A stretch of 64,000 bases of DNA from positions 22,691-86,690 of the forward strand of contig JBMNVR010000006.1 in NCBI GenBank assembly GCA_050946935.1. The letters are read 5' to 3'. This stretch comes from Candidatus Howiella sp. Its GTDB lineage: Bacteria; Bacillota; Clostridia; Oscillospirales; Acutalibacteraceae. Made by a program: the position numbers and the translations under genes. Under the pieces are notes generated by a model. The model had not been told where the DNA came from. It worked only from the letters and a program-made list of their open reading frames with translations, and did no database searches. This document shows positions 18,675 to 27,453 of the stretch, one piece after another (the stretch's first letter is position 1; each line of letters begins with the position of its first letter).

Positions 18675-21600
18675 TTACTCCGCAATCACAGCGACAACCT
18701 GATCGGTTGTGCTGAGAAGAATGTAGCTCTGCCCATCCAGTTCATATTCCAAATAGAACATAGCGGCACGAACCCTGTTTTCCAGCACGCCCTTGAGACG
18801 GAATCCGAACTGGGTATAGACCTCTATATCCGTACCCTGCTCAAAGACAATCTGCCGGATCTGCTCGGCCGAGGCATTCTTATAGTCATCCAGAACCTCG
18901 CTTCCGGTCGCGTAATACACGCCATAGGCTTTAAAGATGATGCCCGATTCATTAATCTCGCCGACCGAAGTATTCGCTCCCGGAACGATCGAACCATTCC
19001 AGGTAATATCGTACTTTCCGTCTTCGGCATTGGCGGTCACCATGCCGGTGCTGATCTGCACCGACATTTCAACCTTATCGGCGATATCCGCGATCAGTTG
19101 GAGGTCGGAAAGCGCCGCCTCAATCGCGTCGGCATAGCCGTCGACGACCGATTGCTCAGTGATCTTTTTGCCCTCGACCACCGCGTTCACCGCTTCTTCC
19201 AAAACCAACCAGCTTTCCGGCGTGTAGTTGGCCTGGGTCAGAGCGGCTGCCTTGGCCTTTGCCGTATTGACCCTCGAATAATCGGCGTCTTTTATCTCCA
19301 GCCCGGTCACTGCGCTCTCAATCGCGGAGGCATAGTCGTCCACCGTAGACTGAGCCGCAGGGGCAAGGTTGTATTCCACCGCATCCACAGCAGCAGTCAG
19401 AGCGTCCGCACTCGCGTCGGTATAGATCGAAAGATCGGCGGGGACCTTGGCCAGCGCGGCCAAAACCGCGTCATAGTTGGCTTCTTTCGTCGTGATCAGC
19501 GCCAGCTCTCCAAGCTGCATCTTGCCGACCGAGGACATGGTAAAGGCCGCCTTGAAATAGGTATAGCCTTCGGTTGCGCTGTCCAGATACATGGTAACCG
19601 GGGTATTATTGGTCGTCGGCAGGCTCAAGGCCGAGTTGATAATCTCGGTCCAGCTCTGACCCTCGTCATTGGAACCGTACAGAATCCAGGAGACCGGGTT
19701 GCGTCCGCCCGGCGTATTGTCCGCAACCGCGGTATCTCCGCCGGTGGAGAGGATATAGCCCGAGATCTTAACCGGCGTGGCCGTACTGAACACGGTATCC
19801 ACATAGCTGTCATTATTCATATACAGCTTATTGGTATAGTCGCCGTCGAACAGCTTCTCATAGCCCTCACTATCGTGCTCCCGTCCAGAGATCGGGGTGA
19901 CATACTTCGCGTTGTCATAAACTTCCAGCGCGTCGACCAGCGCGTCATAGGCCGCGCGGGCGGCAGTCAGGGTCGCATAATTGGTTACATAGACACGCGC
20001 GTCGACCAGAAGATCGGCATAAGCTGCCTCGGCCGCTTCGATGGCGGACAGCTTGTTGCCGGACGGGCCGAGGGTGGTCACCTCGCCAATCGCATCGATC
20101 AAAGCAACGACCGGCGCAGCCATCGTCTGAAGCTCTTCTTCGCTCAGCGTACTTTCAAAACCGTCGGCGGTCAATACGCCCTTGGCAAAGACCAGACGCT
20201 CAGCCGTAGACTCTGTCGCATTCAAATCGCCCGTACCCGAGAAGAAGGCAGTAGCGCCGCCCTTGGCGTCGATGACCGCCGCCATATCTCCGGTAATAAC
20301 ATAGCCGTTGCCAGCAGCAGTCTTCAACTGCGCCTCATACCCTTCGGCATCGGTGGCCAGCGCCACACTGCTGAGAATATCACCCGTGCTCAGCAAAACG
20401 GCCGAGCCATCATCGCTTTGGAAATTCTGATAATAGGTATTCTCGCCCGCGAGACCGGCGTTGGCCGTGGGATACCCGAGCGTCTTACCCGCCCACTTGT
20501 TGGTTTGCGCATAGTTGGCGTACATATACCGGAACACGTTGCCGATCGCAGCAGCATAGTCGCCGGATCCGGGGTAGGTCGCGACGGAATCTACCGTGAT
20601 GCTCTTCCCGTTTTCGCGCGGGGTGGTAACGTGCGAGATGGTTTTATCCCACATGACCTGATAGGTCCGCCCGTCGGCGGTCAGATCAAATTCCTCGCCC
20701 AGCGGCGCCTGCTTGTGATTATCGTTTACAACCATGTAGCCGCCGACATCAAAGGCCATTCCACTGAACGGCACAATCAGGTAGGACCAGTACCGTCCGT
20801 CCTGATTCCAGGGGTTCCAACAGTTGTCATTGGCGCCATTCTTGCCGATATCCACAAACTTGTTATCGAGCTGTGCGCCAAACACGCTGTCATGGTTTTC
20901 GGTTGACCCGGTGCGGCCGGAGACAACACCGATGTTAATCATCCGTTCGGAGTAGAAATATTTGACCGTATCCTCCATCGCGCGAAGGGTGGTGTTCCAC
21001 TCGTCGTCGGTCTGGAGCGCCAGCCAAGGCTGGTTGGTCGCAGTCATACGATCGCGGTTCAAAGTAAAGGTAACGCCAAAGTCGGCAATGACCTGCGCAT
21101 AGGTCGCCTTGGCATTCTTCGCGTCAGCATAGTTGACCACATAGGTCTGCACATCCGTCTCGCCCAAAGCAGAGACCGCATCGGTGTAAATTGCCTCGAT
21201 CGCATCCAGACTGGTTTTGGATTTATAGGTGATCGGCATGACCGCCTTGATCGCTTCGATCGTGTTGTAGATATAGGTATAATCCTTGCCGTCCGCTTTG
21301 GCCTGCGCGATGGCCGCCGGCGCGGTGAGATCGGCAATATTGGAGACATATGCCTGATTCTCCACGCTCAGAGCCGCATACGCATCCCGCGCGGCGTCAA
21401 CCGCTTCGAAATACGCGTCGGTGAGCGGCTCAGTGGAAGCAATCGCGGCAATCAGCGCCTCCGTCTCCTCGATCGCAGCCGTGCCCGAATACACGCTGCC
21501 ATAGGTCCGCCACTCATCGAACTGGCAATAGCCGCTGGTGATGTTTCTGAAAGCGGTAATCTCCAATTTGTAATAGGAATATTCGGCCGGGCTGTCCACC

Positions 21601-22517
21601 TTGAACATGGTGTCTACCCAGCAGCAGCGCGTCTCTGACGCAGGGGTAAAATCGGTCACCGCGTCGATCAGCGTGTAATCCTTTCCGTCAGAGGAGCCGT
21701 AGAAATTCCAGGATTTCGGATCGCGCTCGCTGCTGTCGTTGGCCGTCATATAGGTATAAGCGTACACCGTGGTCGGCACGGTCGTCGTATAGGTCAGAGT
21801 GGGCACCTCGCCCGCGTCGAAATTGATGCCCATTTTGTTGCCGAGACCGGCAAAAAGCTTAGCCGGGCCTTCCCCGCCATCGGCCCCGGTTTTGCTGCGG
21901 CTTCCCGAAACAACCTTTGCGTTATCGGCATCCACATAGGAGGTCAGATCAGTAATGGCATCCTTGTAAAAATACATCTGCCGGGCATTGGCCACGGCGG
22001 AATACCCCTCCTCGCCGATATACTCGACTGAAATGGTCTGTGTACCCGTCAGTCCCGCAAAGGAGACGATGGTCGAGAGATTGCGATTCTCCCAACTGGC
22101 ATCGGAGGACCGGGTATAGGGCGGCAGCTTCACATTGCCAAGCAACGTGCAGTTTGCAGGATCAGTCCAGTAGTTGCCAAGATAGACGTTGGCGTTGGCC
22201 GAAGCCGGGCAGCGGTTATCCGTGCTGCGCCCCGAATAGTGGATTTGCATCGATGAGTAGGTTCCTTCCCCGAATTCGATGCTGTAAACCGCGACCGAAC
22301 CGTTGATCGTACTGATGTTGCTCGTCTCATTCGCAACACCGTAGTTGCCGTTGGAATTGGTTTCGGTCTTGCTGGTTGCACCAATGGTGGTGTTGCACTC
22401 TACCGTTAGGTAGTCGGCCGATGCATACTCGGCCACGACTGTAAACATAGCCATCGGCAAAGCCGAAAGACACAGGCAGACAGCGAGCAACACAGCAAGC
22501 AGCTTCTTTGCTTTCAT
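18675..22517 (-). CDS. Giant (~1280 aa) secreted multi-module protein. Modules: CBM-like N-terminal domain, two F5/8 type C modules, several FIVAR helical repeats, a ~300-aa central domain of unknown function, and the conserved C-terminal module
   Basis: Start MKAKKLLAVLLAVCLCLSALPMAMF at 22517 with RBS AGGAGGAAAAATC. First discoidin segment DPKSWNFYGSSDGKDYTLIDAV..YYKLEITAF. Second discoidin segment YEKLFDGDYTNKLY..NPVSWILYGSNDEGQSWTEI. C-terminus KYDITWNGSIVPGANT..YILLSTTDQVVAVIAE. Confidence 0.8.
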   Translation of the reverse strand: MKAKKLLAVLLAVCLCLSALPMAMFTVVAEYASADYLTVECNTTIGATSKTETNSNGNYGVANETSNISTINGSVAVYSIEFGEGTYSSMQIHYSGRSTDNRCPASANANVYLGNYWTDPANCTLLGNVKLPPYTRSSDASWENRNLSTIVSFAGLTGTQTISVEYIGEEGYSAVANARQMYFYKDAITDLTSYVDADNAKVVSGSRSKTGADGGEGPAKLFAGLGNKMGINFDAGEVPTLTYTTTVPTTVYAYTYMTANDSSERDPKSWNFYGSSDGKDYTLIDAVTDFTPASETRCCWVDTMFKVDSPAEYSYYKLEITAFRNITSGYCQFDEWRTYGSVYSGTAAIEETEALIAAIASTEPLTDAYFEAVDAARDAYAALSVENQAYVSNIADLTAPAAIAQAKADGKDYTYIYNTIEAIKAVMPITYKSKTSLDAIEAIYTDAVSALGETDVQTYVVNYADAKNAKATYAQVIADFGVTFTLNRDRMTATNQPWLALQTDDEWNTTLRAMEDTVKYFYSERMINIGVVSGRTGSTENHDSVFGAQLDNKFVDIGKNGANDNCWNPWNQDGRYWSYLIVPFSGMAFDVGGYMVVNDNHKQAPLGEEFDLTADGRTYQVMWDKTISHVTTPRENGKSITVDSVATYPGSGDYAAAIGNVFRYMYANYAQTNKWAGKTLGYPTANAGLAGENTYYQNFQSDDGSAVLLSTGDILSSVALATDAEGYEAQLKTAAGNGYVITGDMAAVIDAKGGATAFFSGTGDLNATESTAERLVFAKGVLTADGFESTLSEEELQTMAAPVVALIDAIGEVTTLGPSGNKLSAIEAAEAAYADLLVDARVYVTNYATLTAARAAYDALVDALEVYDNAKYVTPISGREHDSEGYEKLFDGDYTNKLYMNNDSYVDTVFSTATPVKISGYILSTGGDTAVADNTPGGRNPVSWILYGSNDEGQSWTEIINSALSLPTTNNTPVTMYLDSATEGYTYFKAAFTMSSVGKMQLGELALITTKEANYDAVLAALAKVPADLSIYTDASADALTAAVDAVEYNLAPAAQSTVDDYASAIESAVTGLEIKDADYSRVNTAKAKAAALTQANYTPESWLVLEEAVNAVVEGKKITEQSVVDGYADAIEAALSDLQLIADIADKVEMSVQISTGMVTANAEDGKYDITWNGSIVPGANTSVGEINESGIIFKAYGVYYATGSEVLDDYKNASAEQIRQIVFEQGTDIEVYTQFGFRLKGVLENRVRAAMFYLEYELDGQSYILLSTTDQVVAVIAE

Positions 22518-23087
22518 GATTTTTCCTCCTTCATATATTCCGTTTTCAGAACACCGAAAGTTATTTGGCCACAAAAACAGGTGTTTTTACGACACACTTG
22601 CTCAAACTTCACTATATTTTTACAAAAATCCGGAGAAGCTTTAAGCACAATAACTATCTTCCTATTATGTATAGCACATTTTGAAAAATAATTATATAAA
22701 AATTGTGCTCTAAAATTCCAAATTTTTGTTTTAAAATGTTTCAATTGAATCCACACTGAAAGATTCTCGCCTTTTTATTCACTTGAAGGATTCAAGCGTG
22801 GTAAAATTTTGTTAAATAGTATTTTTTTGTTATAGTCTGCTCGAATTTTTCCTTTACAACCATCCATTTGATAACAAAAGAACATCTTTTCTGAAAGAAT
22901 ACTCCAAAAAAGAAGAATTCGCCTTTTTTACACAGCACCATATGTTCGGGTCAGTAAATTGTCATATTTTTTCAATTTATTTGTATTATAGTTAAAACAA
23001 CTTAACTTTTTATTGATTTTTATGGACTATATTGTATAATATTAAGCATAAAGTTTATGTTTAGTATGTTATAGGAGGTAAAAGACA

Positions 23088-25794
23088 ATGAAAAAATATA
23101 TTTTCAAAGCGTTTTTGATCATCCTTGCTCTGGCCATGGCGCTGTCATCCGTGGGGACTACGCTGGTGGTCGCTGCTATCAACGACGGGGACGAGGTGAT
23201 CTATCTCTCCTCCAACGAGGGTCAGAAGTTGCTGACCGACTCCAACACCGGATTTGGCGATCTCACCTACAACCAGAATCTGAACAAGAACGGGAAGATC
23301 ACCTACAACAAGCCGAATACGACAGGGGATTCCTATACGGCAACCGAATCTGACAACGGATTGGTCGCCCATGCCGAGGCCAACCTCTATTATAATATTG
23401 AGGGGCAGGGCTTTACTGCGTTTGAAAGCTGGATTGGCATTGATTCAGTCACCGGCAACGGAGACGGGGTAGCCAGCGTAATTTTTGAATTTTATCTTGA
23501 CGACGCCCTAATCTATACGGCGAGCGAGCAGACCCTTACCTCGGCGGCCGAGTATGTTTCCATCAACATCAGCGGCGGCAAGACCTTCCGGATCCATATT
23601 GACCCGAACGGTGTGAACAACTGCGACCACGCCGTACTGGTCGAGGCCGCTTTCTTAAAACAGAGTGCGGAGGGGAAGACCACCGTGACCTCGATCACAC
23701 CGCAGTTTATGAACATGGAGTATGCGCAACCATATGTGTTTCCCTCCACCGCCAGCGTCACCCTGAGCGATGGCACCACGCAGGAATGTGCCGTGTCGTG
23801 GGACACCTCTTCATTTTCAGCGACCACACCGGGAGAGCAGCTACTAAACGGCACAATCAGGCTTGGTGACAACATGCTGAATCCGAATGGGGTGCATGCC
23901 TCCCTCAGCGTGACGGTCGGGGAGAAGGATGAAAACATTCTCTATCTTTCCGATCTGACGGTCCAGGATGAATCCTATGACTGGGCATCCTCCTGGCTGG
24001 ACGCTGCGGTGGAGAACAAGACCTGGCAGTTGAAGATTGAGGATGTCTATACCAACATGGTAAAGGGCGTCTCGGCCAATACCTACGCCTATCTGACCTA
24101 TGAAATTCCGACCGGTGCGACGAATTTTGAGGCGTATGTCGGCACAACAGCGGCTGCGTCCGGTAAGACCGCGTATTCCATTCGGCTTGTACGATACCTA
24201 TGAAAACAAGGATTCGACGTATACGGACGCGACGCCGGATAACATCAAGAACGCGGTTTTCACCAAGGACACCAATGCACAGAAGATCAGCGTAGACGTT
24301 ACCGGATACAATTACATCATGATCCGCTTTGAAAAGGTAAACGACGACAACTCCAGCGCGCACGGCACGTATGCGGACGCCAAATTTCTGATGGAAGACG
24401 CACCTAAAGCGGACTATACGGCCGTGAATGCGGCGATCGAGGCGGCCGAAAAGATCGACCGTACACAGTATACGGTAGCTTCCTGTAAAGCTGTGGACGC
24501 AGCGGTTGCCGCAGTGGTTACCGGTAAGTATGCCACTGAGCAGGCTGAAGTAGATGCCATGGCCGCCGCGATTGAAAACGCAATTTCGCAGTTGGCGCCC
24601 AAATCGGCTCATACCCTGTCCGACGTCTGGACGTTTAAAAACGAGGACAAAACCCTGTATGATTTGGAATCTGAAAAACAGATTACCATGTATGCGACAA
24701 CCGGGGATCTCTGGGATTCCCCGCGGGTGTACACCAACATGCTGCTGACCGATGCGTCAGAAGGGAATTTCACTGCGACGGTGCAGCTGACCTTCTCGCC
24801 GGACACCGATTATCAGTCGGCCGGCCTGATCGTATACGGCAGCGATGCGGAGATCTTCTCAGTACAGAGGCGGTATCACTCTGGCCACAACGGCAACTGT
24901 ATCTGCGGCGTTTCGGTGACGTCGGGCAACCCGAGCGAATCGTCGGTCAGCGACACCGGCGCGGAAACGATCTATCTGAAGGTAGAGCGGACAGGGAACA
25001 GCCTCGCCGGATACTGGAGCACGGACAATACCGAGTGGACGACCGTTTGGACCAAGGAAAACGCCTCGCTTTCGGGCACAGTTCAGGTAGGCCTGTATAC
25101 TGGCAAGGGAGGAGATTCCCCAAAGGCAGCTGAAATTCCGGCCACATTCCGTGATTTTACTCTGAATGATACAGTTGTAGCGTTTGCGGCGTCTATTTAC
25201 GCCGACTACACCGCGGTGGACGCGGCCCTTGACAAGGCTGCCGCTCTGACCGAGGGAGACTACACCGAAGCCTCCTGGGCGAAGCTGCAGACCGCGGTGA
25301 ACGCGGTAGTGCGCGACCTCACAGCCAGCGAGCAGGCGACGGTCGACGGCTATGCCGCCGCGATCGAGGCGGCTATCCTCGCCCTCGTACCTACATCGGT
25401 TGAGATGAGTCTGACCATCGGCGCCGGCATGGTGACCGCCGCGGCCGAGGGCAAGTACGACATCACCTGGAACGCACGGATTCTTCTCCCCGACGACAAG
25501 CTGGCTGAGGACATCAACGCAGCCGGTGTGAAATTCAAGAACTACGGCGTCTACTACGCGACCGGCAAAGATGTGCTGGCCGACTACAAGAATGCCTCGG
25601 CCGATCAGATCCGTAAGATCGTCTTTGCCCAGGGCGAGGATGTGGATGTCTACACCGCCTACGGCTTCCGGCTGAAGAACGTGACCGAGAACCGTGTACG
25701 CGCGGCCATGTTCTACATCGAGTACGAGCTGAACGGACAGAGCTATATCCTGCTCAGCACGGTCAACGAGGTGGTTGCCGTCATCACGGCGTAA
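23088..25794 (+). pseudogene. Frameshifted paralog of 15673..18285 (NPCBM-like, concanavalin-like, FIVAR and C-terminal module), split into ORFs 23088..24203 and 24100..25794
   Basis: The N-terminal ORF has a signal peptide (MKKYIFKAFLIILALAMALSSVGTTLVVA) and NPCBM-like content. It stops at 24203 (..GKTAYSIRLVRYL*). The reading frame continues in the +1 frame (IPFGLYDTYENKDSTYTDA..) and aligns to the intact paralog (..CTFAVYLDGEDVTPANV..). The frame switch lies near 24175-24190. Confidence 0.7.
24360..25794. repeat. Inverted-repeat arm B (matches 15673-17170)
   Basis: See arm A. The same identical or near-identical antisense ORF pairs apply. Confidence 0.8.
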
Positions 25795-25974
25795 AGCGCA
25801 CCACGGATACATGAATTAAGCTGCAACCCAACTGTAAGGTTTTATACACTGCAAAACATCCCCGCCCTTTCCGGAAGAATCCGAAAAGGGCGGGGATTTC
25901 ATATGCAAGTCAAGCAAAAAGACGCCGCCGACAGAATCTTGTCGACGGCGTCTAACCCGAAAGTGTTTATAAAA

Positions 25975-27000
25975 TCATGCCTCTCCAATTTCCTCCCCGG
26001 TCAGCCGCGCGTCTTTCGAAGCGGCGTGCGGCTTTCCCCGGCGTTTGAGAAAAGCCAGCTTGGTCTCCGACAGCAGTACGGCGCAGAAAATCAACAGAAA
26101 GCCTGCGACAATGCGGAGGGTGAGCCTCTCTCCATACAACGCCACCGAAAAAGCAACGCCGAACACCGATTCCAGCGAAAGCAAAATCGAGGCGGTGGCG
26201 GGCGGGGTGTATTTCTGCCCGAAATTCTGCATCAGCAAAGCCGCCGCCGTACAGAATACGGCCAGATATCCAATACCAAGAAGCAGTTGCCGGTTCCAGA
26301 CAATCCCACCCCTATCCTCAAACAGCAGCGTACCGGCAAGAGCCAGCAGACCGCTGGAAGCAAACTGCACCACCGTAAGAAGAACGGGATCGCGCCCGTC
26401 ACTGAACCGACAAACAGCAATGATATGCGCGGCATAGAAAAAACCGCCGCAAAGGGTCAAAATATCTCCCCGGCCGATCGAAAAATCGCTCGTGAGGGAA
26501 ACCAAGCCGATCCCGGTGATGCACAACAAGGCGGCCGCAATGTTGTATCGATCCGGCCTCTTTTTCCCGACGATCCAGTAGAGAAACGGTACCAGCACGC
26601 AGTATACCGCCGTCAAAAAGGCGTTCTTGCCCGGCGTCGTCTCGGTAATACCCAGTGTTTGCAGAGCATAAGCGGCAAAAAGCAACAGGCCGAGGACGCC
26701 CCCCTGCCAAAGATAGCTGCGGTTCAGTCCGCGCATCCGTTTCCGGAACACGGCCGCAAGAATCAGGCTGGCCGACAAAAACCGAATCGCCAAAAGCAGA
26801 CAGGTAGGCACCGTGTCCACCACATCCTTGACGATGATAAAAGAACTGCCCCAAATCAGGGTCGCGGCCAGCAGCGCGGCACGGGCCAGTCCGTTGCGTT
26901 TCTTTTCCTTCACGTTTCTCTTGCCTTTCCAAAAAAACAGGCCCAACACGATCTCTGGGCTTGCCGTAAAATTCTCAACTGAACCAAGCCGGCAGCACAT
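25975..27000 (-). CDS. DMT-superfamily permease (two EamA domains)
   Basis: ~10 TM helices. LIWGSSFIIVK and FFYAAHIIAV are EamA-like segments. The exact start is uncertain: the ATG at 27000 or an internal GTG/ATG. Confidence 0.7.
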   Translation of the reverse strand: MCCRLGSVENFTASPEIVLGLFFWKGKRNVKEKKRNGLARAALLAATLIWGSSFIIVKDVVDTVPTCLLLAIRFLSASLILAAVFRKRMRGLNRSYLWQGGVLGLLLFAAYALQTLGITETTPGKNAFLTAVYCVLVPFLYWIVGKKRPDRYNIAAALLCITGIGLVSLTSDFSIGRGDILTLCGGFFYAAHIIAVCRFSDGRDPVLLTVVQFASSGLLALAGTLLFEDRGGIVWNRQLLLGIGYLAVFCTAAALLMQNFGQKYTPPATASILLSLESVFGVAFSVALYGERLTLRIVAGFLLIFCAVLLSETKLAFLKRRGKPHAASKDARLTGEEIGEA

Positions 27001-27005
27001 AACTG

Positions 27006-27411
27006 ATGAATGAGATAATCAAGCCGGCCACAACGACACCGGCCGCAATGGTCGGCAGTGATTTTCTGATCCGAATATCCAGCGCATCAGCCACCAGCGC
27101 GCCGGTCCAGGCGCCGGTTCCGGGCAGCGGAATGGCCACCAGAATAAACAACCCCCATATTTTATATTTATTTACGGTTGCGCTGCCTTCTCCACCTTAC
27201 GGTCAAGGAACGCCATGAATCGGTCAAAGGCCCTGATTTTTCGCAGCAGAGCAAAAATTTTCTTCAAAGACAGCAAAATAAAAGGGATCGGCAGCATATT
27301 GCCCAGAAAGCAGATCAGGAACACCTTTTCCCAGGATATGTTCAGCAGCGCCGCCGCAATCAGTCCGCCGCGCAGTTCGATCAGCGGCAACATTGAAACT
27401 ATAAATACCAC
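27006..27411 (-). pseudogene. Small multidrug export protein (COG2426-like), interrupted by a 1-nt frameshift
   Basis: N-terminal ORF 27172..27411 (..LRKIRAFDRFMAFLDRKVEKAAQP*). The C-terminal continuation lies in another frame (..NKYKIWGLFILVAIPLPGTGAWTGALVADALDIRIRK..). Together they match the family pattern EK..KYGFWGLL..AIPLPGTGAWTGA. The shift lies in CAACCGTAAATAAATAT around 27165-27175. Confidence 0.5.
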
Positions 27412-27453
27412 CAGCTCAGCCGGCAGACTGTCGCGCAGCGCACGGGTAATATT

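Noticed and set aside
19098-20906. 602-aa ORF on the + strand
   Set aside because: Antisense to the giant 18675..22517 gene. R/G/Q-rich with no domains. A GC-content artefact.
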